Shown here: in pieces, positions 17,892 through 27,412 of the stretch
How positions within the stretch are numbered: the first letter of the stretch is position 1
How the letters are laid out: each line of letters begins with the position of its first letter
DNA from: a virus
DNA: 64,000 nucleotides
Reading direction: 5' to 3' (one strand)
Virus record (IMG/VR): IMGVR_UViG_3300027712_000018
Program-made: the position numbers and the translations under genes
The notes under the pieces: generated by a model
The model's database searches: none
The model's input: the letters and a program-made list of their open reading frames with translations, nothing else
Told to the model about the DNA's origin: nothing

Positions 17892-19349
17892 TTATTCCTT
17901 TAAATCTACGTTGAAGATCTTGAATTCAAATCCCTCATCATTATAAGTTTTGACTCGTTCCATGAAGTGTTGGATAGCGAAGTTCTTGTAGTTCTTGTAT
18001 TGCAGATCGTCTACAATATCGTAAAGAGTTGCTTTATCTTTTCCGTTACCTCTTCTAAGGACTCTTCCGATGCTTTGAAGATTGCGAATCTTAGATTTAG
18101 AAGGTGACGCAAAGATGATATTATCAAGACGCTTGATATTAACACCAGTACTAAAGGTGCCATAGCTAGCAAGAATAATGTTATTACCAGAAGACTCAAC
18201 GAGAGCTCTAACAGACTCACGGTTTTCTGCACTAACTCCACCATGTATGAAATGTATAGTTTTATCAGGGGACTGAAGGAGTGGTTCAAGCGCTTTACCA
18301 TGCTTCTCAACGAACTGGTATAGTACAAGTGTATTACCCTTAAGACTCCATGCCAGATTGCGGATAAACTTGTTTCTGGCTTCATTTCTAACTATCCAAT
18401 CAATTTCATCTTGGTAATCCTTATTCTTATTTATCTTGCGTGTAGAATCCGAATATCCAAGGACGATTGCCTTGATGTCGAACTCAGCAAGTGTATTGTC
18501 CTCAATCAGTTTCTTGGTCTGAGTGACTTGATAGACTTGACCGAAGATTCCTTCTAGGACAAGTTTGTGCGTCTGACTGTCGTCTAGAGTACCCGTGAAC
18601 CCGTAACGATACTTAATATCAGGCGCCTTCTCCATGATACCAGTGAGTGACTTAGCCTTTGCAAGGTGAGCTTCGTCAACGATGATGGCGTCAAACTGTT
18701 CAAACCATTTCTTTTGCATCTTGTAGATTGACTGCCAAGTTGTCACAGTGTATGGCGACTTCGAAGACTTGTCAACACCACCCGTGATTCTATGAATGTC
18801 AAGTGGTTTGTTTTTGTTATAATCTATGAAGTCGGTGGCCATTTGATGGACTAAGGATGTGGTCGGAACTACGATAAGGACTCGACGATCCTGTTCAGTG
18901 TGATATCGTGACAGTAAGTATATGATCAACGACTTACCAGAGGCCGTAGGTGATAGTAGCAGTCCACGATTGTTTCGAAGTGCGTGAACCACTGCAGTGT
19001 TCTGATAGTCTCTTGGTTCATATTTAGAGTCGAACTCTTTGGCGAGTGTGTAACCGTAGTTGTCGTCTATCTTGTTTAGGGGCCACACGTCTTTAGATGC
19101 TAGTTCGATATCGTATTCACGGTTGCGACAGAACTTGGCGATGTTTGGAATCAGACCCGCATAGATCAGCCCCGTCATGGGGTTGAGTAGTCGAATCTTA
19201 CCATCCCATATCTTGTTACGAACCGCCGGCATGAACTTAGCCCCAGGAACATCAAAGGTGAAGTATACCGACATCTCCATTTTGATGTCGGGGTCAGCGA
19301 CTACCCTAACATATACTTCGTTCACCTTTTCAATTGTGACTTTGTCCAT
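17892..19349 (-). CDS. uvsW: SF2 RNA-DNA/DNA helicase UvsW
   Basis: SPTASGKS, DEAH, TGT and QSIGRVLR motifs. Confidence 0.96.
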   Translation of the reverse strand: MDKVTIEKVNEVYVRVVADPDIKMEMSVYFTFDVPGAKFMPAVRNKIWDGKIRLLNPMTGLIYAGLIPNIAKFCRNREYDIELASKDVWPLNKIDDNYGYTLAKEFDSKYEPRDYQNTAVVHALRNNRGLLLSPTASGKSLIIYLLSRYHTEQDRRVLIVVPTTSLVHQMATDFIDYNKNKPLDIHRITGGVDKSSKSPYTVTTWQSIYKMQKKWFEQFDAIIVDEAHLAKAKSLTGIMEKAPDIKYRYGFTGTLDDSQTHKLVLEGIFGQVYQVTQTKKLIEDNTLAEFDIKAIVLGYSDSTRKINKNKDYQDEIDWIVRNEARNKFIRNLAWSLKGNTLVLYQFVEKHGKALEPLLQSPDKTIHFIHGGVSAENRESVRALVESSGNNIILASYGTFSTGVNIKRLDNIIFASPSKSKIRNLQSIGRVLRRGNGKDKATLYDIVDDLQYKNYKNFAIQHFMERVKTYNDEGFEFKIFNVDLKE

Positions 19350-19783
19350 TATGCACCAGTTCTAAATTTCTCATAATCAATAATGTTTTTAAGTATGAAG
19401 TTACGGTTGTTGATTTGTTTGATGATCGACTCTAGATACTCTACGACAGCTTCTTGTAGACCTATCTTGAGTGAGAGTGTGACGATATCGTTGTCTGATT
19501 CTATGTATAGGGGAATGTCTGACCGAAGAATCTTAAGGGGTTGGGGTTTCCAACCGTGATGTCTAAGTTCTTCTGAGTCCATACGACCGTCATAGTATTC
19601 GGTCTTGTTCTTCACCAAGATCTTGTAGTCGGATTTAAGTTTCTTGAGTCTTAGTCCTTCTTCGACATACCAACGGAAATACTTGTTGTGGATCTTGGGT
19701 ATGTCGGCAGAGTTGCGGGAGATGTTGTCTACGTTAATCTCGCCGTCTTTGGCCCATTCGGTGTAGATGTCTTCAATCTTCAT
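19349..19783 (-). CDS. uvsY: Recombination mediator UvsY
   Basis: IPKIHNKY...YYDG...IKQINNRNF; adjacent to uvsW. Confidence 0.9.
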   Translation of the reverse strand: MKIEDIYTEWAKDGEINVDNISRNSADIPKIHNKYFRWYVEEGLRLKKLKSDYKILVKNKTEYYDGRMDSEELRHHGWKPQPLKILRSDIPLYIESDNDIVTLSLKIGLQEAVVEYLESIIKQINNRNFILKNIIDYEKFRTGA

Positions 19784-19808
19784 AATATAACTCCATAGTA
19801 TTCAAATA

Positions 19809-19837
19809 ACTATACACTATGTCAGATCAAATGTCAA
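19809..19837 (-). promoter_or_regulatory. Sigma70-type promoter for uvsY-uvsW
   Basis: TTGACA-17 nt-TATAGT. Confidence 0.7.
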
Positions 19838-20309
19838 TCATATCAAACGTTGTATATTTAAAATTAATTGTCGTTGTGGCATATTGAGTAGTGGTTTCAA
19901 TAGTGCTTAATTGAATAGCTCCTATTCCAATTGGAAATAGATCAACAAACCTGAATTCTTTTATTGGGTTGCCTTTACTATTGAGTAGGATCAATGAGGC
20001 GTCAGAGAACACGCCATCACCAGCAATAAGGTTGGCGTACTCAGAGAAGGCCGTTGGACTAACCATACCAACCATCCAATTGTAAATTTCTTTATAACAT
20101 AATAGGTTTTCGTCTAGTCTTACCGTAACCGTAAGTTCATCGTATTGTAGTTTATTTCCCGGTCTATGGATGGGAGTAAACGGAGTATATTGTTCGGTAA
20201 TGGGTATATTCAAACCGGGGATGTTGACGGCTTGAACAAAGAACTCCACATTAGGCAGACGCTTAATAGTGAAGTCAAAATTCTTAGATGAGAAAAAATT
20301 CTGTATCAT
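19827..20309 (-). CDS. 3: Tail completion / tube terminator (gp3)
   Basis: FTIKRLPNVEFFVQAVNIPG...LDENL..YKEIYNW..SDASL..FVDLFP. Confidence 0.88.
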   Translation of the reverse strand: MIQNFFSSKNFDFTIKRLPNVEFFVQAVNIPGLNIPITEQYTPFTPIHRPGNKLQYDELTVTVRLDENLLCYKEIYNWMVGMVSPTAFSEYANLIAGDGVFSDASLILLNSKGNPIKEFRFVDLFPIGIGAIQLSTIETTTQYATTTINFKYTTFDMIDI

Positions 20310-20361
20310 AAATGGAACCTTATAGTGCATTACGGGGGATTACGTACTATTTATGGGTCAT

Positions 20362-20386
20362 AAAAAAAGGGGCGCCGAAGCGCCCC
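20362..20386 (-). terminator. Terminator after the major capsid gene
   Basis: GGGGCGC-TTCG-GCGCCCC-TTTTTTT. Confidence 0.92.
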
Positions 20387-20413
20387 AGTTTTTCAGTTTT
20401 ACCTGAAACGTTA

Positions 20414-21694
20414 TTACATAATATTTGTAACCAAAGTACGACGATAGTACTGGTTGCTGTTTGCAGTAAGCGCACCTTGAGTTGTTGCAGCAGAACCGTC
20501 AGCGAATGGGTTTGATACCATGCCGTAACGAGTCTTGAAGCCGATCTTTGGTTGGAAGTTGTCTTGTCCAACGGCACGAACCATTTGTAGAGGAACGTAA
20601 GGGCAGTAGAATAGACCAGCGTCGAATGCTGATGTACCTTTGTATCCAACAACCATGTAGTTACCACCTGAGTATGGGTCGATATAGACTTTATACTTAC
20701 CATTCAAGATACCAGCAAAGGTGTTGCCAGTGTCGTCAATTTGTAGGCTGTTGGTAAGTGCAGGAGTGTAGTCAAGAACACCAGCCATCTGTAGTGCAGA
20801 CGCAACGTCTGAAGAACACATGATGATGTTACCACGTCCACGACGAGTAGACTTGGCGATTTGGTTAGCTTCACGTTCAACTTGGAACATAAGACCCTTG
20901 AACTTTTCAACTGACCAACGACCATTTGAGTCAACGTCAAGGTCGAAAGTACCAGCAGTTGCAGTACCAGTGTTAGCACCACGAACAGCGGTGTTGTAGA
21001 TGGTACGAATAACTTCACGGTTGATTTCTGCAAGCACTTCAGTTTGAAGAATGTTTGCAAGTTCTGTCTCAGCGTCAAGACCATGAATTGCCTTCAAGTC
21101 TTGTGCAAGTTCAGTGGTGTATTCTGCCTTTAGAGCACGTGACTTAGCGGTCACGGACACTTTTTCAAGTGAGAAGCCCATTTGTGCGAACGGAGTACCA
21201 CCACTGTCACCAAGTGCTTCAGCAGATGAGGTTGACATTCCAGTACCAGTGTTTGCAGTCGCAGCAGTACCAGTTGAACTGGCCATTGTGCCTGTACCAG
21301 AGAACGCATCGTTAACTTCGCTGTAGAAAGATTCACCAGTGAAGGCAGAAGTGTTTGCGTATTGTGGACGCATAGCGAAGATCAAACCAGTTGGGCCAGT
21401 CATTGGCTGAACACCAGCAACGTCATAAGCAATTAGGTTAGGCATCGCACGGCGAACTAGAGAGATAAGAACTGGATCGTATCCCTTTACAGAACCACCA
21501 AGGTCGGCCGAACCGTTAAGTGGTGATTCGTTTAGTAGTGATGTGGTGTTCCAAGAATTATTATCTTGAAGTGCCTTTTCTGTGTTTTCTAGAAGCTGAG
21601 CAATGATAGCACGCTTGGTGTGGCTTTCGATCTTTGGAAGATCAGCGTGCTCCAGAATTGGCTTCCACTTTTCGTTTAATGATTCAATAGACAT
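20414..21694 (-). CDS. 23: Major capsid protein (gp23)
   Basis: LISLVRRAMPNLIAYD, GVQPMTGPTGLIFAMR, YCPYVPL and FKTRYG. Confidence 0.98.
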   Translation of the reverse strand: MSIESLNEKWKPILEHADLPKIESHTKRAIIAQLLENTEKALQDNNSWNTTSLLNESPLNGSADLGGSVKGYDPVLISLVRRAMPNLIAYDVAGVQPMTGPTGLIFAMRPQYANTSAFTGESFYSEVNDAFSGTGTMASSTGTAATANTGTGMSTSSAEALGDSGGTPFAQMGFSLEKVSVTAKSRALKAEYTTELAQDLKAIHGLDAETELANILQTEVLAEINREVIRTIYNTAVRGANTGTATAGTFDLDVDSNGRWSVEKFKGLMFQVEREANQIAKSTRRGRGNIIMCSSDVASALQMAGVLDYTPALTNSLQIDDTGNTFAGILNGKYKVYIDPYSGGNYMVVGYKGTSAFDAGLFYCPYVPLQMVRAVGQDNFQPKIGFKTRYGMVSNPFADGSAATTQGALTANSNQYYRRTLVTNIM

Positions 21695-21727
21695 TGGATT
21701 TTTCTCCTTTGGGGTTTCTTATAATCT

Positions 21728-21735
21728 TATTTATA
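21728..21735 (-). promoter_or_regulatory. Late promoter for gp23
   Basis: Exact TATAAATA. Confidence 0.85.
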
Positions 21736-21738
21736 AAA

Positions 21739-22728
21739 TTATGATTTTCTAAGGGTTTTAGAAAGTGCTTGAGCGTATAAAGCGATTTGAGGATCTGTCA
21801 CTACAGTTTCTTCATCAAGACCAATTGGATCAAGATTGTCACCACGTGATTCTCTTAGAACAGACTTGCCACCAAAGTATTGTTCTTTGATGATCTGAAC
21901 TTTACGCTCGAATTCTTTTGAATCGTTAAATTCAACACCCTCTGCAAGTGTGTGCAACTTTTCTGCTTGAGTATCAGTTAGACCCTTTGAATAACTTTCA
22001 AGGATATCTTTAGCCTTATAAGCTTCTAGTTGTTTACGAAGTTCAATGGTTTCGTTAATAGCTTCATTAAGAGACTCATCTTTGAATTCAAGTTCTTCGG
22101 CCATTTCAGCAACAACATCAACTTCATCTTCAGGAACATTGATAGTATGTTCAATGAATAGATCACGTAGGCCATCAATGAACGCTTCTGCGACTTCCGC
22201 ACGAATACCACGATCAATAGCAACTTGATTTTCTTCCATCCACTGCTCAACCACATAGTCGAGATATGCGTCTACCTTTTCGGTTAGTTCTGCAGCAATT
22301 GACGCAACTTCTTCATCAAGCTTAGCAGCGTATTCTTCTTCAAGTGCAGCAACTTCTTCTTGGATCTTAGCGTTCACGACTGTTTCAAAAATGACCGAAG
22401 CCTTTTCTTTGAAGTCTTCTGATAGGTCTGAACCAGCGAAGATTTCACTTACCGACTCACCAACAGTCTTGTCTCCACGACGAGCTGGGGTCTTTTTGAT
22501 TGATGATACTGGATTGTCGATAAGGTCAGTAGGTGTTCCGTCTTGTCCCGGTGTTGACACTTTATTTCCCATATCTTTTTCGCCGTTTCCAGTTTTGTCT
22601 GCTGAACGCTTCTTATCAGTTCCACCAGCTGGTGTGACGGGATCGTAAACTTCTGAGTCTTGCTTGTCAATGTCATTTTGACCAGACGCTCTGAACTCAT
22701 CAAGCTGCTTAATGTCTTTAATATTCAT
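21739..22728 (-). CDS. 22: Prohead core scaffold (gp22)
   Basis: Acidic coiled-coil; LSEDFKEKASVIFE and YLDYVVEQWMEEN. Confidence 0.92.
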   Translation of the reverse strand: MNIKDIKQLDEFRASGQNDIDKQDSEVYDPVTPAGGTDKKRSADKTGNGEKDMGNKVSTPGQDGTPTDLIDNPVSSIKKTPARRGDKTVGESVSEIFAGSDLSEDFKEKASVIFETVVNAKIQEEVAALEEEYAAKLDEEVASIAAELTEKVDAYLDYVVEQWMEENQVAIDRGIRAEVAEAFIDGLRDLFIEHTINVPEDEVDVVAEMAEELEFKDESLNEAINETIELRKQLEAYKAKDILESYSKGLTDTQAEKLHTLAEGVEFNDSKEFERKVQIIKEQYFGGKSVLRESRGDNLDPIGLDEETVVTDPQIALYAQALSKTLRKS

Positions 22729-22759
22729 AGATTTTACTCCTTTGGATGGATTATGCTTT

Positions 22760-22767
22760 TATTTATA
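22760..22767 (-). promoter_or_regulatory. Late promoter for gp22
   Basis: Exact TATAAATA. Confidence 0.8.
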
Positions 22768-22778
22768 TTTTTGTATTA

Positions 22779-23441
22779 TTAAGTAAGAGACTTTAAGAAT
22801 GAATCAAATAGACGTATCGCATTCTCTTCTAATTGACGGGTTGACATGCCCTTGGTCTCTTCATGAATACGATCAAGGTTGTTTTGAGCCTGCCATGAAC
22901 CAGATGCAACATCATAGATCCATTCAACGCCTTCCATAATTCCACGAACAAAAGCGCCAGGAGCTGATGGGTCAGCGACGATATCGCCTGCTGTTGCCAA
23001 CATAAAGTCTTCTTGGACTTCCATGATACCTTGTTTGTTTGGCTTCAGTGATCCCATTCCACGAGAAGAGACACCAAGCTGTGCGCCTTCGTCCATAAGA
23101 TTTTTTACCACTTTACCCATAGGGGTGTCCATGATCTTTGCTTTACCCACAAAGTTAGAACCTTCTTGTTTTAAATCGGTGATCATATGTGATACACGAT
23201 CAAGGTTGATGGTTGGGCCATCAGGATGACCTAGTTCACCAAATGCTCTTTTCTTTTGAACATATTGTTCGTTGTAACGACCAACTTCTTTAGCGAGCAC
23301 TGATGCGGGATACATACGACCATTACGATTCTTAAGATCGCCTTGCATGAAGATGCCTTCAATGAAGTGATGCTTTTGACCGTTCTCAGAAGCTTCTGAA
23401 AGATAAGAAACAGATTCGTTTACTTCGCAGATGAGTATCAT
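22779..23441 (-). CDS. 21: Prohead protease (gp21)
   Basis: NRNGRMY, GELGHP, GVSSRGMGS and DIVADPS. Confidence 0.97.
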   Translation of the reverse strand: MILICEVNESVSYLSEASENGQKHHFIEGIFMQGDLKNRNGRMYPASVLAKEVGRYNEQYVQKKRAFGELGHPDGPTINLDRVSHMITDLKQEGSNFVGKAKIMDTPMGKVVKNLMDEGAQLGVSSRGMGSLKPNKQGIMEVQEDFMLATAGDIVADPSAPGAFVRGIMEGVEWIYDVASGSWQAQNNLDRIHEETKGMSTRQLEENAIRLFDSFLKSLT

Positions 23442-23444
23442 TTG

Positions 23445-23693
23445 TTATCTCCAAGCCAACGGGGTACATAGAAGGGCCACATTGGCGCTAACTGTTTCGT
23501 CGTAGTTTTTAACAAGAGTTTCTACACCGCCTGCAGCCATGGTCATAGTACCAATTGTAGTACCATTAGCATAGGCTGTCGTAACCAAAGTGACGTTTGG
23601 AGCGTAGACTCTAATAAGATTAGCATTTGATACGGTGTTAGCGGTCGTAACCGATATCTGTGAACCAATCATTTTTAATGGAATATCAGCCAT
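23445..23693 (-). CDS. Small virion-associated hypothetical protein
   Basis: 82-aa ORF in the head operon; AN/NxT rich. Confidence 0.7.
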   Translation of the reverse strand: MADIPLKMIGSQISVTTANTVSNANLIRVYAPNVTLVTTAYANGTTIGTMTMAAGGVETLVKNYDETVSANVALLCTPLAWR

Positions 23694-25006
23694 TATACTT
23701 CCTTTGCGAATGCTAGAATCTCATCAAAACTATCTGAGTCAGACATTAACTTTTCTTCCATCTTAGACTTGTTTGACGAGTTTAGTTGATTGAATAGGGA
23801 GTTAAGTGATTCGGCAGATTCTTTGGTAAGAGTGACTGTGGATCCGTCATGTAGTTTCATTGCGCCGGCTTTGAAAGCTTCGTCAAGATCGACTGATTCT
23901 TTGATCTTTGCGGAAATCGTTTTACGGCGCTTCAATAGATACTGATCTGACTTAGTGTTCTTCTTACCGTCATTGTCAATGTCACCATCTTCTCTACCAA
24001 CAGGATCAAGAGCTTCTTTCATCGCATTCTTAGTTGCAGTCGCATACATAACAGACTTCCAACGATCACCGTAACGATCCTTGAATCCCTGTGTATTCTT
24101 CTTCATGCTCTTGACGATGTTCTCACGCTTTGCAGTCTCGGCGTCAGACATAGTCTCTTCTGGAAGATTCGGTCTTTTAGATTCTAGATTGCCAATAGAA
24201 ACCTCACGTCTGACGTTTCCAGTTTTATCACCTCTATCGTCTCTAATGTCACCTTTATGAAGAATTTTCATATTAACTGTATGACCATTATCATTTTTAT
24301 ATTTTACATTATGTCCATTAACCGATTTATCTTTTGCGACATTCGGATTGCTCAAATGATCCATTGTTCCACTTTTCATGCCGCCAACACCATCTCTTGT
24401 CTGGAATTGTGGCTTATAACCTGCTTTAGTCAATGTGCGATGAAGATCACCTACAGCACTTTTGTGTTCTGAATCTGTAGTAGTGACTCTTTTGTCAGTC
24501 AATGCTTCATCAAGTTCATACGATTCTTTCATCTTATCCCAAGGAGCCTTAGGTAGAGTGACTTTCTTCTTTGGTGATTTGTCTAATTCGGCAGAAATTC
24601 TGCCAGCCTTATCACCGTATTCTCTTTCGTCATTACTTGCGACAGCCGAAATCTTACCAGCGTGTTTAGTGGCTTCTTTTACGGTTGGAATGTTCTTGAT
24701 ACCATGCTTTTCCCAATCTGGATGTCCAGACTTTGTGAAATGCTTGACATTTGGGAATGTCTTCATGGTTTCTTTTTTGGTCTTCTCAGCGTCAGTCTCT
24801 TCATAAACAGAATTGTCTTCGCCTTCTTTGTACGAAGCACCTTTGCTGTGATCTTTTTTAATCTTCTTGGCAGTAAACTGATCTTCAGCGTCAACTGGAT
24901 AGTCGATCTTCTGTACTGTATGTTTATCAATGAAGTTCTTAGTTCTGCCCGGCAGAGGATTAACATCTGACGTAGCTTCTTTGATGATATCCTTAAGTGT
25001 TTTCAT
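23693..25006 (-). CDS. Prohead core / internal head protein (gp68 position) with multiple putative gp21 cleavage sites
   Basis: 437 aa, highly charged; repeated KEA/EET/DEA/KES motifs; lies between the gp67-like gene and gp21. Confidence 0.65.
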   Translation of the reverse strand: MKTLKDIIKEATSDVNPLPGRTKNFIDKHTVQKIDYPVDAEDQFTAKKIKKDHSKGASYKEGEDNSVYEETDAEKTKKETMKTFPNVKHFTKSGHPDWEKHGIKNIPTVKEATKHAGKISAVASNDEREYGDKAGRISAELDKSPKKKVTLPKAPWDKMKESYELDEALTDKRVTTTDSEHKSAVGDLHRTLTKAGYKPQFQTRDGVGGMKSGTMDHLSNPNVAKDKSVNGHNVKYKNDNGHTVNMKILHKGDIRDDRGDKTGNVRREVSIGNLESKRPNLPEETMSDAETAKRENIVKSMKKNTQGFKDRYGDRWKSVMYATATKNAMKEALDPVGREDGDIDNDGKKNTKSDQYLLKRRKTISAKIKESVDLDEAFKAGAMKLHDGSTVTLTKESAESLNSLFNQLNSSNKSKMEEKLMSDSDSFDEILAFAKEV

Positions 25007-25211
25007 CGTCGTATTCCTCTGTATCTGAGTTGTCTAAATCTTCATCAGGCTCAACGTCTTCTTCGGCGGAACCATATATACCTTGCGCTATTTGGTCTCT
25101 ACGAGATTCAAGAGCTGCCATTAACTTATCCTTGATAGCATTATTGAAAGCGCCTGCAACCGCAGTTGGCTCTTGATCAAACGATGCTTTGATGATATCT
25201 TCTACTGACAT
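24993..25211 (-). CDS. Prohead core protein (gp67-like)
   Basis: 72 aa with an acidic tail, immediately after portal. Confidence 0.7.
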   Translation of the reverse strand: MSVEDIIKASFDQEPTAVAGAFNNAIKDKLMAALESRRDQIAQGIYGSAEEDVEPDEDLDNSDTEEYDDENT

Positions 25212-25235
25212 TTTAAATTCCTTTTCAATATTTAT

Positions 25236-26777
25236 TTATTTAACTATTTTAATGGGGGTTGCCTGTTGTGGTTCAGGTTCAGGTGGTGGCTCATTCTTTG
25301 CTTCTTCTTCGATTTCTTTATCAATTTCTTCAATGTCTTCATCTGACTGTTGAAGAATGTTCTTTCTGACCCACGTCTTAGAATAGTATTGTCCAACATA
25401 GTCGTTAATAGCTTGAAGAGTTTGCATTCTTTGACTTAGAATCTCTTGCTCTTTTAGTTCTTCAAAGTGGTTATCTTCTTGGTAGTCGTATTTGATATTG
25501 TCTTTAAGGTCTTGCCATTCTTCAATAGTCATGATATTCTTTAAGACTACTTGCTTCTCAAGAATCTCATCAAATAACATAGAGAAACGAGCACGAAGTC
25601 TACGAATGAATTTGTTGAACTTGACCTCATCACGACTGATTTCATTCGATCTGCCAAGTGAAAACCCCGTCTCAGTTTCCATACGACTGATAGGAACATT
25701 CAAGGCCTTGAACAAACTCTTTTGGAAATAAATAACGTCATCCATTTCACCTAAGTTTTGCCCGCCAGGAAGTGTGGTAATCTCAGTTCCACGTTCACCA
25801 TTTCTACGAGCCATCCAAAAGTCTTCAAGCATCGTCATGTGTTTACGGTCGTCACGTACCTCACCTGTAGTAGCATCATACACCAAACGATTCTTGTGTT
25901 TCGTCATCATCTCACGAAGATACTGTTCAGCCTTGATCTTTGGTAGATTACCAACATCCACATAAAAAATACGGCGTTCAGGCGCACGAGCCAAACGATA
26001 TATCACAGATGCATCTTCAAGCATTCTAAGTTGGTTCAAAGGCTTGATAGCCTTGTGTAGGTTCGATAATACCAATGTGTTCGTCTCATTCACAAGACCA
26101 GAGGTAATTTCAATAATAGAGTCTTTGGCAATACGAACACCTTTGGCACTATCGTTTGCAGTAAGACCACTATTCTTTGCAACAAATCCTTTATCGTTGA
26201 AGATATAGTATTCGTTCTTAGTGCGAATCAAAGTAGTATCAGCGTTTTGGTCTCTGTCCTTAACAATCTCACGAATTTTTCTAAGTTTGCGAGGATCAAT
26301 GTAACGAAGTTCTTGAATTCCGGCTTTGATATCTTTCTCATCAATAACAGCGTGAAACTTCAAACGACCGTCAACATAAAATCGTTGAAATATGTCATAA
26401 CCTCTATTAGAGAAGTCAAGTAGTTTTAATACTTCGGCAAACTCATCAACCAATCTCTTTTTGATGTTAGCGGATAGTTTAGTATTATCAAGATTGAGTT
26501 CAATTACTTTTTCGTCTTTTGAAACAACAATAGCTTCATTAACAATATCGGCAATGGCCAAAGCGACTTCAGGGTGCAATTCCATTTGACGGTATTTGGT
26601 AATGATTTCAGCTTCGTTCTTAGCTGTACCTTCAACATCAAGAAAAGTGCCATAAGCACCACCAGTAACACCAGCGGACGAAACAGTGGTAGCACCATCG
26701 TCCTCATCTTTTTCGACGAAAGATTTTAGATCCCTATCATCTTTTTTCTTGATTTCAAAACCAAATAACTGCATCAC
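25236..26777 (-). CDS. 20: Portal protein (gp20)
   Basis: YRLARAPERRIFYVDVGNLPK and GTEITTLPGGQNLG. Confidence 0.97.
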   Translation of the reverse strand: MMQLFGFEIKKKDDRDLKSFVEKDEDDGATTVSSAGVTGGAYGTFLDVEGTAKNEAEIITKYRQMELHPEVALAIADIVNEAIVVSKDEKVIELNLDNTKLSANIKKRLVDEFAEVLKLLDFSNRGYDIFQRFYVDGRLKFHAVIDEKDIKAGIQELRYIDPRKLRKIREIVKDRDQNADTTLIRTKNEYYIFNDKGFVAKNSGLTANDSAKGVRIAKDSIIEITSGLVNETNTLVLSNLHKAIKPLNQLRMLEDASVIYRLARAPERRIFYVDVGNLPKIKAEQYLREMMTKHKNRLVYDATTGEVRDDRKHMTMLEDFWMARRNGERGTEITTLPGGQNLGEMDDVIYFQKSLFKALNVPISRMETETGFSLGRSNEISRDEVKFNKFIRRLRARFSMLFDEILEKQVVLKNIMTIEEWQDLKDNIKYDYQEDNHFEELKEQEILSQRMQTLQAINDYVGQYYSKTWVRKNILQQSDEDIEEIDKEIEEEAKNEPPPEPEPQQATPIKIVK

Positions 26778-26838
26778 AACTCCTGAGTATTAAACAAATG
26801 GGGAAAGAAGCGAATCTCTCCCCACCATATGTTTATAT

Positions 26839-27390
26839 TTATGCGCCTGTTGGCACACTATTTGTGATACCATCTACAGTCCATAAATCATATTTCCAAG
26901 TAACAGTATAAGTTTCAATACTGTCTGTTGAGTTCCAATCCATTTGGATGTCACTCAATAGTGTTGGGAAAAGACCCTCGAACTTATACTCACGAATTGG
27001 AACACCAGTTTTAGAATACTGAGTTACAGTTGCTTGTGACTTATATTCGGCTGGTGAAGAAGTGGCAGTCAGTCTTAAATTACCTGTATGACTGTTGATC
27101 GTATTCATCCAATTTTCTATACTATTACGAATGCTAAAATCTTCGTCGTTAAACACCGAAACAGACCATTCTGAAAATGTTCTATCGCCAGCAAGTTGGA
27201 TCTTTCTGCCCATGTACGGAACTTCAAAGAATCCTAGTTGCGATGGTGGTAGAGTTGTCGCATGAACCATGAACGGGACTTTGAAATCCGCATTTGAGTT
27301 GATTGGGTTTGTGATCACTACTTGGAATAGTGTAGGCTTAGCGCCTCCACCAACTAATTGAGATTTCATCTCGTTTATATTAAAAACCAT
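26839..27390 (-). CDS. 19: Tail tube protein (gp19)
   Basis: YMGRKIQLAGDRTFSEWSVSVFNDEDF. Confidence 0.95.
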   Translation of the reverse strand: MVFNINEMKSQLVGGGAKPTLFQVVITNPINSNADFKVPFMVHATTLPPSQLGFFEVPYMGRKIQLAGDRTFSEWSVSVFNDEDFSIRNSIENWMNTINSHTGNLRLTATSSPAEYKSQATVTQYSKTGVPIREYKFEGLFPTLLSDIQMDWNSTDSIETYTVTWKYDLWTVDGITNSVPTGA

Positions 27391-27412
27391 TTATTTTCTC
27401 CTTTACTATCTA

